From Trichoplax sp. H2 (lineage: Eukaryota): DNA of 64,000 bases. The stretch covers positions 62,001 to 126,000 of the forward strand of contig NOWV01000022.1 of the NCBI GenBank assembly GCA_003344405.1. Reading direction: 5' to 3'. This document shows, one piece after another, positions 43,392 to 61,960 of this stretch. Within the stretch, counting starts at the first letter, position 1. Each line of letters opens with the position of its first letter. A program made the position numbers and the translations under genes. Under the pieces are notes generated by a model. That model saw only the letters and a list, made by a program, of their open reading frames with translations, made no database searches and was not told the DNA's origin.

Positions 43392-46300
43392 TTACCCTTT
43401 AGTACTCGTTTTTGCAATTCTTTTAGTAGGCTGAAAACTTTCGATAACCTCTTCTATACTTTTATCCTTTGTCTCAGGTAAGATGAAATAAACCGTGAAA
43501 GCAACAATTAGGCAGATACTGCTGAATATCCAAAAAGAACCATTACTACCAACAGAATTAACCATATAAATGTAAATGTAAGACATGATAAAGAATAATG
43601 TATAAGAATATGCAGTTAGATAAGGTATAAGATTTCTTAAAAGACTTTTCGGTAGAATTTCAGGCAAGAGCACCCACGATACAGAAGCCCAGCCAAATGT
43701 GACAGAGATTGAGTATAATGCACCCCCTGCTACCGATAGCCAGTCTATTTGATAGCCGGGTATATTCATATGTGAAGCAGCTGTTTGAAAATATAAACCA
43801 AATATAAAACTTCCAACGCACATCCCTATGCCTGAGATGATGAGAATGATTCGTCTCTTAAAATTATTAATTAACGGTATTGCTAACAAGGCACCCAGAA
43901 CTCTGGCAAAACATATGCCAAGATTGATTTTTAAACTAAAATCAAACCCCGCTTTAATGTAGATCAATGGACTATATAATAGTAAAATACTTGCTCCCAT
44001 TAGCGGTACAAACGAAATGATAGCAATCAAAGCCAGAAATGGTCTTAACAGTGATTGTAAGCGTAACCGCCTCCAAGTAATGCGCTCACTTTCTTCAATC
44101 TCTTGTTCAATTTTTCTTATTTCTATTTCTACGTCAACATCTTGTCCATGCAATTGCCTATTAGTTTCAATGATGGAAAGGTATACAAAAGGTTATTCAA
44201 CATTTTTTAAAGTATTTCATCCAGTTAGTATGTAAGTTATAGTGCAACTACAATGAGTATATTGATATCAAACATCTTCTGAATGTTCAACTAGGAATAA
44301 TAAATCAAAGGTGCCAAATTTACTGTAATTAATTTATAATTTTACTATTATGATTTCATAGCTAGCTAAGATATGCATAATATCTATTGCCACCCACACA
44401 TGGAACGATATAAATTATAGCAATATGAAATATTCCATAAATTTAGGCGTGATGCCTACAACTTAGGATATAAATGATAACAATAATAATAATCGGATTT
44501 ATTAAAATATATACAGAACCTTAATGCTTTAGCTGCAATTTGTGGTTGGCCCTTTAAAATAAGCCATTTTGGTGATTGTGGCTGAAGGGATATTCCAATT
44601 GCATTGATCAAGGAACACGATGCACCTATTAGAGCCAAGTATCTCCAATGTAAGACTAAGGAGAGGCCACCACATACAGCACCTCCCAACATTGTTGCGA
44701 CAGCCAGAGTATGAAGTAGAGGGCGCCTACTTGTCTCTGGTGAAACTTCTAACATATAAATCTAGAATTGAATCATTCCAACATATATATAGTACTATAG
44801 TCAATAGAAAGTATACACCAGCAATGAAGGAAATTGATTATCTATTTCTAAAGGTTTTAAGTTTTACTACAAATAGCACTTGCATTACGGTTACTATGAT
44901 AGAAGTTTGTGTTAACGATAGAACATATTCTCTGTTAAAACTTAAAGACGAAACATCAATTTGTAATTCGTCAACATCCGGTTTAATATTTTTAAGCAAT
45001 AATGTATGCTCGTGTATTGTAATGAGTGTCTATCGTAATGGCTATTTCAGCGATCTCCAGTAGTAGGAGAAAGAACGAATGTGTCCGGAATATTCTGTAA
45101 CATACGCGTAATTCAATTTTTACTGCATTTTCCCTAACAAGTCTACCATGGCTGTATTCTATGCTATTTTTGTATACCGGTATAGAGCGAAATCGATGAA
45201 GGAAGAAAAATTAAGGGAAAGAATTTGCTTCTTTCATTTTAAGTTAGTATGTGGTATAAACGGTAGTTACGAAACAAGCCGATAAATAAATATATGGTAT
45301 AGTATATACAACTGGATTAGGATCAGAATTAGATACTATCTTGATTTAGATTATAATTGATGAGTTTAATATAGTTCATATTGGTGACTAGTCAAAATTT
45401 TTAAACTTTTAAAACTATTTATTAGTTTTAGTTATACCAAGTAGAGGGCATCGTTTATTTTACAGCTAAGCACCAATAGCAAGGCTAGTCTGTTTTATAA
45501 GACTCTCCTCGTGTAAATTTAACTTACTGTGGCTGCTGTAGTTGTCGTCCCAACAGCAGTGCCAACCATAAATCGTCCGCCAATTAACCACGATGGATTT
45601 GTTCCATAAACCATGAATAGCCAGCCAAATAAGTGTGGAACACAAGATAGAATCATCGTTGTTCTTCTACCTATCTGGTCTAGGAAGAAGCTAGCTATGA
45701 TGGTGCCAATTGCCATCCCTAAGAAGATGATGGCCTAAGAACAAAAAAAAAAGGCTTATTATAATTATTATTGCTTATTGTAATTGTCAATAACGTTAAT
45801 TTATTGTCGCTATATCGCAATTGATCTAATACTACCGTAGGTTTTAAGACTTTTTTATTCTATTCGTTCCTACATTTTACGTTATGTTCAATAGCATTTA
45901 TAATACGATAAAAATCTCAAAGCAACGTTCTTCAGTGCGAATTACCTCTTGATAATTTAAAGAATAATCACGACACAGAAATCTCTATATTAAGCGCTAC
46001 CGTAGATATCCTGTTTACAGTAAACTATTCACTTTGTCTAACCGATCTACAAAAAGTTTTCGTAGAAAGGATCAAAGGTACTTTATATGCTAAGAGGGCA
46101 AAAAAGTAAAGTAATTGTTTATGATATAGTAGAGAAAAATCAAAATAAAACCAAGAGTCAATTTATTTCGTTCTGAAAGTAGTTTAATACTGAATGTTAA
46201 CTAATGTAAAACTTTCGGTATGATCATTACTTAAAAACGGGAGTTAATCATTCTTGTCAAGGAATATACATATTAGATTGAAAATCTCCCTTACCGAATA

Positions 46301-46525
46301 CAGGTAAATCGCACTTTGTGACATCTGCACTTGAGCAGAATAATCTTTTTCCATTAATTTAGGTATAACAGGAGCTGAATAATGAACTGCATATCCTTCT
46401 AGTAGACAAGTACATAATATAATTGTTACGATCATCCATATCGACTGGCGGCAACAAGTGTTTTGATGGATGGAAAGATCGTGTCCTTGAATATTTTTGT
46501 TAACGAGGCGATCGGTATCCGACAT
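43392..46525 (-). CDS. MFS sugar-porter family transporter (GLUT6/8 / Tret1-like), divergent, 4 exons
   Basis: Exons ~46525-46295, 45735-45528, 44761-44520, 44156-43392. Motifs LDQIGRR, GRFMVG, YMLEVSP, PQSPKWL, NNFKRR, PEILP, LPETKDKSIEEV and multiple hydrophobic segments consistent with a 12-TM MFS fold. Confidence 0.88.
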
Positions 46526-46890
46526 TTTTATCGATCACTGTGATATTAACTAGATGATGTAGTAAAAGTGAGCATTTTTAATAGTAGTGTAATTTGATGT
46601 AAAATGAATTAGTGTTCTTATATCGCGCCGATAGACCTTTGGAAGTTATTTTCGTTGAATGAGAAAGCTTTATCTAATGGGAATTTTTATTGTCTCTAGC
46701 CTGCAATAGTCGCTGCGATACTATGGAAACGTAGGGTAGGTAAAACCCACTGTATTCCCAGTACGGCCTGAAAAAATTAAAAGCGTACAGTACGCCCATC
46801 CGCATATTTTACAACTAATGAATAACTTTTTCCCTTCTTGGGACACACACGCGTATACTCGTATATACTATACAGTACTCATATCACATA

Positions 46891-46984
46891 CTGTACATGC
46901 AAATATACACCATTGTCATCGTTTTCTTTCTGTACATGCAAATATACACCATTGTCATCGTTTTCTTTCTGTACATGCGAATAT
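46891..46984. repeat. 39-bp tandem repeat, 2.4 copies
   Basis: CTGTACATGCAAATATACACCATTGTCATCGTTTTCTTT at 46891 and 46930, partial copy at 46969. Confidence 0.95.
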
Positions 46985-48542
46985 ATGACAAGCTAAAAAA
47001 TGTCTTATACGGTATTTATACGGAAACATACTATAACACGAACAATAGTTGTCCTATTTGTATAGGCCCATAAGTTTTCCTTTGAAAGTTTTTCACTACT
47101 CGTAAATTTGATTACTTTCGAAGTAGCATTAACGAAGTTTATTTATTTCTGTAGTCATACCAAAGCTTACGATTAATCGATTTGTTCCTTAAGTTATGTT
47201 TTCTAGAATTACATCATTTACAGTATACGGGTATAAATGATTTAGTTCTAGAAAAAAATAGTTTGAACGATAATTTATATCATTTGATCTTAATCTATCC
47301 AATGATCAATCAATCGCTATTATGCAAATCTATAAACTATATACGTAGTCTATACTTACTTTCTACATACAAATATTTATTGAATGAATAATAACGCAAT
47401 CCGTAATTTAGTGTCTTATAGCGGTGAATTATGTTAATTTACGGTACCGTACGTATGAAGAATCGGTAGCCGGACAGCAGTTCGAGCGTTCAATCTGATT
47501 AATTAATGAATGAATGAATTGCCCAGGCAATCTTATAATGGTTCACAGGGATTTATGTTCCAAGCTCTCGTTCAGCGAGTACATTAACTATTCTTAATCA
47601 TTTAACTACCTTGGTAGTGATTAATGCCGATTTATAAGAAACTAAATAGCAGGTAATCATACATGAGTATACAATTATTCAGCAAAGGGATCTTATACAT
47701 GTATATGCAACGTACATTCGTATTTATAGTTACAATGTACTGCACTGATGGATAAATTCGATTCTTATTTTAGTTATATACTCGTACAGTACTAATGTTC
47801 AAGATTGAGAGCCAAGAGTAGGTAGATATTTCTCCTTTTGTCGTTCCTTCAATCGCTCGGCTTCGATCTGCCGACTAGATGAATTAAATTCCAAAAGAAC
47901 GCTAAATGCAATAAATTTTCTAGTTCGCACTCTTACTACACTTATAAACTTATTTTCAAGAAACACACGCACCACCTATTGCACAGTCTGCAACAATGAA
48001 CGCGGATCAAAGTTTATAATTTACTAGATCATTATATCCGTACACGCACACATGTATTCTTAAAGGACAATGTAGCTATTGATAGAGGTTTCCAAACTTT
48101 TCGTAAGTTGCGAATGATAACATCTAACGATCATTCAACTTCATATCATGAAAATACCCACGTGAATTTATTATTTACATTTTCAAAAATACACTTATAA
48201 TCTAATTATACTGCGTTAATCATTCAGGATATCAATTAGTTCATCATGGGCGTGCTAAAAAATCACATTTTAACCGTATGCTAATTGAAAGATAAAAGGA
48301 TTGCTACTGCTGTTATTACCAGCTCGAGACAATAATACTTACAATATTTAACTTAGAATCTTAGATTAAATTATCATGACATATAGTAACCATGGCACAT
48401 ATACTTTCTTGACTGAGCCGCTTATTTATAAGCGACAATAATATTGAAGACGAACATGGTCGATATCTTTACTACCTAATCTACAAATCGCAGTGGAATG
48501 TCAAAGGAAGTCAACGTGTTTACCGATGTCGACAAAAACATT

Positions 48543-53542
<5,000 letters not shown>

Positions 53543-54019
53543 GATGCAGCCGGTTGAAGTTGGACGAACACTTGTGTTTTGTGTGTGCTAATTTTGATGG
53601 GGCAAATGTATTAATATAATTCGATATAGCAGTCACCTATTGCCATGCAATAATGACCAACTTTGGCTGTCAGAATGGCAGAATTAACCTTATAGAACTG
53701 GTAAGGAAAGCCCAAAGTAAAGCTAGAGATAAATGTGAAATGCGATCACCTTGTGGACTGGATGCGGACCTTTAATTAAATGACTCTTGATTGTAAGTGG
53801 ATGTATGGAGATGAAGGAAAAGATTGCGACGTCACTTGATCGATTCGATAGGCACGTTGGTGCACAACAAGAAGTGCTGATAGTGAACTTGATACAGTCT
53901 AATCCTTGACTAGTGTATCATGTTCTCTAAAGTCTTGATTGAGTATGAAGTATTCAACATAAGGCGATGTCTGGAAGCGAACTATCTCGCATCAACAAGC
54001 ATCCAGCGATCCATTCTTC

Positions 54020-54260
54020 TCTTCGCGCCAAATTGAGTACCACGTGAAAATTAATCCAATCAATGATGGTCAAATAAACGCAAGCGCAGTCATTACACGG
54101 TGACCTCCTATTTCTGACTCAATTCCTGTTATTGTTTCCCGCCATCTAATACAATCACATCACGTGATAGGAGTGCAATACAAGCACCTCTTCAAGTGTC
54201 ATGTCATTGGTTGAATTGATCTGGCGCAAAAATTAAAAATTCAAGACCTAACCACCAATT
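54020..54260. promoter_or_regulatory. Putative bidirectional G1/S promoter (E2F, CCAAT and E-box cluster) between MCM3 and the Emi gene
   Basis: E2F-type TTCGCGCCAAA (54022), TTTCCCGCC (54135), TGGCGCAAAA (54222); CCAAT (54056, 54255) and ATTGG (54206); CACGTG (54041, 54161). Confidence 0.7.
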
Positions 54261-54747
54261 GCAGGAGCCTGCTGGAGGGTATAAGTTTGGTTGAGATTTG
54301 CAAATATATCGAAGAGAGTCGTGATTAGAATGCTAAAATTTGGCTAGATCATACTCAAATTAACTGGTAGGAAGGCGTTGAAGACAAGAATAATTTATCT
54401 TTGATAGAGGGCTTACTGGATATAAGTATAGAGGTTTGTAAATTGAATAAACGTACTAGGTGAGCGACCAAATTAGCCCTTCCTCAGGCTTTATGTATGA
54501 ACGCTTATGGGATAGTTTCCTCAACGATTAATACACGTATATGAATTATTTTCAAGCTATCCTATTTCAGAACGACCCTTGAAGTAGCAAATTATCATCG
54601 TATTAAATAGCTGATATCAAATTTTCAATGTAACTGAATTAATACGAAAAGAAATTGTATTGAAAAATTTTAATATTGGATTACTATTAATATTATTAAT
54701 CGAAGATTGGACGTATATTACCTATTGCATATTAAGTTAACGTAAGG

Positions 54748-56802
54748 ATGACCTCGAAATCTATCGACGATAGCCATAGTAAATATTCCAATGCAAATGA
54801 AAGCATCGATCGTCAGCAACACTGTCAAGACATAGATGATGACGTGATCGATGAAGAGAGTCATCACCAGTTGGTCGATGCTATTACACCCATTTATACT
54901 GCTAACTCGCTGCAAAAAAATTATTATTATAGTACTAGTACACCTGAATGCTTTACACCGTCATATGTTGAAGACAGTTTCCATAAAAATGATTCAAGTA
55001 AGCGCAAACTAGTGGAATCGGAAATTGCAAGTAGTTGCTTGTCTTTCCGTGACAGTGGATATAACAGTCAAAGTCAAGAATTTATAAATAGCAAGCTTAT
55101 AGGAAGTCGAATTGGCGAAGAAACCATTGACTTTATTACTGAATTAGCTAAAATTAATTGCTTCTACGTTTGCAACAAGATTATGGCTTTCTTGAATGAA
55201 AAGGACCTAGTTAGGTAAAAATTGACAAGAATTTACAATTAATTAATTTTTTCTTATTTGTCATGCATAACCATTGCGTATAGCCGTATTTCCGACTTGT
55301 TGATCGCTTGCAGCTAAAATATGTGAGATATCACTTAGGCTTGCAAAAAAGGTGTTTAGTATATCATTGACATCGCTAGAACAGTAAAAATACTTCCAAA
55401 TAAACATTCATCTTGATTATGCCATACTGTACAAGTAGTTCATGCTAGGCTGACAAGATATATTTGCTGAGCAGAAAATAATACGGCGTACCACGATATC
55501 AATATATTCGTATACGTCGTAGTATCTATATTGATTGAATAATTCATGCAAGCGCTCATATACTGTACTATAAATTGCTGTCATAAACAACTCGTTTTAC
55601 GTATTACTGTATCGTTGATCTACAGGCGCCCTTAGATAGATGATCACTCCTCTAATTATAGTTATCGAACGAATATGAAGAAATAGTGTAATGTTTCATA
55701 AATAATATTTAATAACGGTGCCTAAAGTGTTTTGAACTATACCAATACTATAGATTGTAGAAAGAGTATCACCGCAAGTAATGGAGTATTTGGATGACCA
55801 CGAGGACTATTTTAGTAGTAATCGATGGTTGTAACTATTTACGTATCGTACGAACTATGTTGCTCATTTCGACAGTACATCCTTATTTAGAAAAAAAAAT
55901 TACCTTTCAATGATATCGTCATCAACTACAGTACGAAAGCATCTTAGTATAACATGTAGAGACTATTACTTATGGTGACGGCTTAAGATTATTGCCACAT
56001 TTGCATAAAAATGTTGGAAAAGGAGTTACCTTATAGTGTGTCAATGCAGTAAAAGAAGATGATATCCGAATTAGTCAATCATGACTAATCATGACTACTT
56101 TCATCGTCAAAGTTACAATCGTATAGCATTATAGTAAAAGTTATGAAAAACCTTCTAACTGTGAATTAATTTAAAAATTAAAACGACCATGATAACTTTA
56201 TATGGAGTTTCTACTTGAAATAATTTTAACAAAATTTTTCTGTTATATTGGACTATTCTAGATTTGCAACTGTGAATCGAGATTGGCGACAGGTATGCTT
56301 ACAAGATTATATAAGCAATAAGAAACGACGATTGTACCTTAGTCATAGGCGCCATAACAATCTTGGTGTAGAGAATTCTTTGGCTCGCATGAAATTATAT
56401 AAAACACCTCAACCATTGATGACAACTCCAGTTGGAAATGAAAGAACGCCTTTAAGTGAGATACAATATTCGGCATTAAAGGAAAGTTATACTGTTAGCA
56501 GCGAAAGATTTCAACGCAAGCCAGAAGTTAAATCGCCACTAGAAAGTTATCGTCATTGCCCTGGATGCAGTTCACCATCTTTAGAGTATGGCGATTATAG
56601 TCGATGCTCTCAATGTAATTTAGAATTTTGTAACAAATGTAGTAAAAATATGAAATTTCATGATCAACATACTTGTACAGCTAATCTAACACCTGGCCAA
56701 TACTCTAGTATGCCTCAATCTAAATTGGCTAGAGCACGTCCGAAGGGAAATAAAGCAGTGATAGGAAGTAGTATTGTTAAAAAAAGACTTCGTCGTTTGT
56801 GA
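54748..56802 (+). CDS. Emi1/Emi2-family F-box APC/C inhibitor (FBXO5/FBXO43-like), 2 coding exons
   Basis: Exons 54748-55214 and 56262-56802. DSGYNS beta-TrCP phosphodegron, F-box (DFITELAKINCFYVCNKIMAFLNEKDLVRFATVNRDWRQV), D-box RTPLSEIQ, zinc-binding region CPGC...CSQC...FCNKC...H...C, and C-terminal KKRLRRL tail. Confidence 0.93.
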
Positions 56803-58195
56803 TTAGGTTTATATATTTTCAAAGAACTAGCTGACTTTTATACAAAGGTAAATGATGACAGCAAAATCGTAATTGCTTTCAGTAAATATGCTATTTTCTA
56901 TTGCGCAATGTTTATAATTATTTATATGTCTTCATAATTATTATCAAATTTTATTGTCAATGGTGATTAATTTAAAATAATGTATCATTTACATTGCATA
57001 TTTTTTTTTCCAAATAAGGAATAAAGGAGCCAACAAACATAATAAAATGAAATTTTGCAATATTGTAGATATTCCATGTAATAAATTTCTAAAATAATCG
57101 CAAAAGAACGCCTACAGTGCATCAGTAGGTGTAAGTAACATACGTGTCCCTGTATTAGCTGTATCTATATGACATTGTGTCTAACGTCGCTCAATTAGGA
57201 AATACAATTTACACCTAGTATTGCAAATTGAACTTGCGAGTATAAATATTTTGCATTATACTATATCTTTCATCAAAATCTCGTTTCCTGAGCAAAATAA
57301 TCTTAGACTTATATATAGAGACCGATGTACTGTACTGTATACTACCATAATAATAATGAAGGGTATTCGTTCAGCACGATTTTCAAGTGCTAGAACTGTT
57401 CACAGCTCAGAAATTCTCCAATATACGGTATAATTAATTCTGGCGATAAATTTTCTAGATTTGCTTTAAACTAGAAGTTAGAATTCATCCATGGGATCTA
57501 TAGTTATATGATGGACATTTTACAGCTTTCTAAACGGTATAATTAATTGCATACTTTATTATAAGATATTTCTAAATCAATTGCTTTCTCGGTTTAATAG
57601 TGAATAAAAGTTTTCCTTTACATCAATATAATGAAATCAACAGACAAAAATCTCCTGATATAAAATCAAGTACAGTAATAATGTCGATACAGCATTAACG
57701 ATTGAAATTCAACTAGTAGAAATAGCAAAAACTACAGTTTTGACGCAAGAGCACAATATAGTTATGTAGCTCCGAAATCGTCTCATATTTTGCGCGTACA
57801 TCAAATAGTTGAGCTGCTATTACTTGCAATATTTTCTGTCAATAAATTAGGCGATTGATTCTGTAACTAATACCTCTTTTTTATGTAATAGTGTATGTAT
57901 ATTAACTTTAACTGTGATGTATTAGTATTATCACAATAACTAAAGATACCTAACTTTAGATCGAAACGGATATATGATTAATATCAGTAGCGGAACGATA
58001 GCCGTTTCAGCATGAATTTTTTTATCTGTTCCTAAAAACCATATATATTATTTGATGAAAGAAAATAATCTATATAAACATTAAAATAACATCAATCTTA
58101 GTTTGATTCTCAGTAACACAGTAGCATATTTTAAATGTTTCTAATTGCTAGAACGTATACATGTGTATCTTACAATACTGATAATAAAAAACTTC

Positions 58196-61100
58196 TTAAC
58201 AGTACTTTGGTAGCGGCGGGACCTCTGGCACGGAATACAGTGTAAAGCTATTAGCTAAGTATTGTTTAGTATCTTCTTCAGTGAGCTCAAAACTTGATTG
58301 TATACTCGTTTGGTTATTACCAACTGTAGGCTGGAGTGATTGTGGTGAATGGGTAAAATTTGATGGTTGTTGTGTTGGGCTCATCGTCGATTCTGGTTTT
58401 TGATTAAAAAACGAGCGATCTTGTTGAAGAAAGGATCCCATGCCTTGTTGCGTGTTATTACTTGACATGGAAGGTTGTATATTATTGACTGGCGTTTGTT
58501 GCAAAGTATTAACAGGATTGAAAGGATTGTTCTGTGAAATATTTGAAGAAAACATGGACTGTTGCTGCTGTTGACCAAACCCACCTAAATTTGGCGTCGT
58601 CTATTACGATTGTACAATAATTTCAAATTTTAAGATTTTAAAAGCATAGTAGTAAACAAATGAAGTATCCATAAAAACTTGACTATTTTAATATCAGTAT
58701 GACGTATGACCTGATTAAATGGATTTTCTGATTTCTTTTCAAAGGGATTCTGAAGTAAATTTTTAACACCTAAATTAATTAGGGAACCGATATAACTACT
58801 TCGTCAAAACTGGCTACTAAGGTATAATATTGTAAGATCAATAAAAATGAAGTAATTCACCTGTAGTAGGGAATCCCCCCAAACTGCGTTGGTTATTATT
58901 ATCAAATCTAGAGTTACTATCGCTTTCGTTAAATTTACTAGATCCAGCCAGCTTAACCTGAAACGTAATTCACTAAAATAAATCTGATATCCCTTCATAC
59001 GAGATATTAGATGAACGCAAATAATTTTAAAGGTATTGCAGATAATCTTACAACTCCGTCTTGGTCATTTTTGGGAATATTATGCAAATATTGTCTCTTC
59101 TCTTTTACTTGATTCATTAAATGCATTAGTACAGTTTGCTGCGGATACACAAACAATTTTACTATTAGAATCTCTAAGCAACTGCTAGGCGAGTTTATCT
59201 TTCCATTAAAAGAGTTCTAGCGCTAAGTTTATTATTTGCATGATATCGCCTTTATCTACATCTTACATATTGGCCAAAGTTGTTACTGGCATTGGCTACA
59301 TAAGCCTCCCATCGTATCTCTTCCATTGAATATTCTGGGAATTCTAGTAGATTAATCATTCAATCAATCAGAATTGTTAGTACCAGTTGAGAATAGCACG
59401 TCCAGGAAACATCTACTTGGTACTAATATCAGACTTATCAGTGTGCATTTAAAGGAGTGTTTTTGTTCCAATAATTAATATACACGTAAAAAATTACCCG
59501 CTAAACAGGCTTTAGTTCCTACAAATGCATAGCAACTTAAAGGCCAGACGAGAGATTGATTTTGTTCGTCTATATCTTTCCTGATTGTTTGTCTATTAAT
59601 CAATAGCCACGACAATATAATTTCTTATAAACGCTTACTTTTGAAGGATTTAGATATAATGGAAGCAGAAAGTAAATCTGTTTCCTATTTGACTTAGTTT
59701 TTACGTTGTAGACTAATAGTAAAACTGATATAATCCTACTTGCTGTAGTAACTATGCCATGAAAACACATCTATATCAAAACTGTTAGTTATAATACATA
59801 ATAATAAGTACGTTAACATCTTCACTTACAATACATTTTGCCTAGTGAAAAGTGAGTTGCCCGCAGCAGCGTTCCTTTGATTGTCTCTACTATGGTCATA
59901 ATTCTAGAAAATAAGAAGAAAAACAAATTACTATTATAACTGTATATCAATATCCTTCTATTAGACACTAAGTCATAATTAATCCGCATACGCTACAGCT
60001 CTTTATGCTTACTCTATTATATGTATAGTTCTCGTTAGGTTTCTGTTGCGTGCCTTTGCTATATCCGCCTAGACATGATAACGATACAATTATAGAATTT
60101 CTAAGGTTAGACGAACTGTCGAACAGTAATATATGGCGATCGTAAAACGAAATTCTTATGTCGTCATATACTACTGTATATCGTATCTTCATTACATTAC
60201 AGTAGTTAAATCCATCAATACTTTAGCAGCATTTTTCGAAGCATTGATAGTTTAATTTATTTAGGCTTATACTACAAATGCTTTAGTAACATCTGATTAG
60301 AGACGGCCATCACTACTATCAAGATGTTTGATAATAACGATAGTATTTTAATCGTTCCTCTGAGGTTTTTAGTGTACGCGTACATCTCTCAATTTCTAAT
60401 CAAATCGGAAAACTTGCAAGTTATGCACCATAGTAACATTTTCACTGTTGCTAAATTATTTCATTACGCATGCAGCGGAAGATATTACATGTCGTGAAAA
60501 TAGCACTTTTTTACTATCATCCAAAGTAACAATTTATACAGTTCTAGAAATCATCAAAATACCAACGTTAATAGGGTTTAACTCTGATTCATTCAGTAAA
60601 TGTAAGGGTCGTAGTATAAGAATTTCAAATTGCAATTACATCAATAGCCAATGCATAATATAGTCATGCCAGCTAGAAATACTAATATGGGAAGTATTTC
60701 TAGCAGTTTACGGGGCGATTACTGCTGCCTGTAATACTAACTGAATATTTTTAAATGACTAGCTATTCATAATGAATAAAACTAGTTTTCATTTTAAAGT
60801 AAATGCTTGGATTTATTACTACAGTGCGAGTATATCATCTACTAGCATAGACTGCCACATTCAAGCAGTACCAATCGATGTACAGCCAGAAAAGGCATCG
60901 TATAGCACCTTCTATACCACGCCAACTAGTAGCTATCTGATGCTATCAATTAATTATTTATCTTTGCACTATTCTACCATCAGTCTTTTAAGTAGTGATG
61001 TACTGCATACCTAGTGATGAAAAGTAGAGTACGTCGATATTGATTAGCTATATCTAACCCTTGCAGCAAAGTTAGCCAATTTTAACGATTAATGATGAAT

Positions 61101-61279
61101 AAACCCAACGAAATCTTATGATGAAAACGATTTGTATTCTTTTATTAAATCTAAATCCTATCCTAACTTATTCTTCATAGTCCTACATCTTTTGGCTATT
61201 CCTACCCACCTGGATGCTCGAATTTGCAATTATTACCAAAGCGGCAAAAGCCTCGCATGTAATACTTACATACGGTCAT
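58196..61279 (-). CDS. NUP42: Nucleoporin NUP42/NUPL2 (CG1), ~9 exons
   Basis: N-terminal CCCH finger MTVCKYYMRGFCRFGNNCKFEHP (61279-61210), WPLSCY and YSMEEIRWEAY motifs, N/Q/S-rich linker, and C-terminal Gle1-binding-type tail LTEEDTKQYLANSFTLYSVPEVPPLPKYC*. Confidence 0.9.
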
Positions 61280-61542
61280 GATCGAATATTACACGTAGGA
61301 GAGTTAAAAATAGGAATTTGCCTAAATCAATTTGTAAATACAAGTGGATAGTAGGCCAGTCTACTACTTTATGTGTTATCCAATGAACTTGCAGCGGCCC
61401 AAGTCCAATTAATTATAGCAATAGAGGCAGGGACAGTCAATTAAAAGTAGACATAAGTCACTTTTAGCCCACAAAATCGAAACAAAACTCATCCAGACCT
61501 CACTGGCTCAAAGTTCAGGGAAATCCTTTCTGGGTTAAAGCG

Positions 61543-61960
61543 TAGTACAGTACATACTGCACTACAGTACAGTACTGTAAGTGTTGGATAGCGGTTCGAT
61601 GTACAGTACTGTAGTCAGTCCAACAAACTACTGTACAGTGTACAGTACTGTCCGCCACAGTCATCGAAAATCAAAGTACTGTACAGTAAGAATGCTACAG
61701 CGCACGCGTTACTGGACGACCGCACAGTACTTTTTTACTTTACTGTACAGTGTACAGTACATTTCACTGTACAGTACAGTAGTCAGTCCAACAAACTACA
61801 GTACTGTACTGTACAGTACAGTGTACAGTACAGTAAGAATGTTACAGCGCATGCGCTACTGGACCGCACAGTACTTTTTTACTTTACAGTACTGTACAGT
61901 GTACAGTACAGTACATTTCACCATACTGTACAGTACTGTACTCTACAGTACTGTACTGTC
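61543..61960. repeat. TACAG/TACTG mosaic with internal duplicated blocks upstream of NUP42
   Basis: GTAGTCAGTCCAACAAACTAC (~61611, ~61779) and CAGTAAGAATG(C/T)TACAGCGCA(C/T)GCG...ACCGCACAGTACTTTTTTACTTTAC (~61685, ~61831) each occur twice with different numbers of TA-CAG/CTG units. Confidence 0.92.

Noticed and set aside
44620..45063. 147-aa plus-strand ORF
   Set aside because: Antisense to a transporter exon and intron, with no recognisable domain.
47455..47580. GTTCGAG B-box-like motif suggesting a tRNA or SINE
   Set aside because: No A-box at proper spacing and no cloverleaf could be folded.
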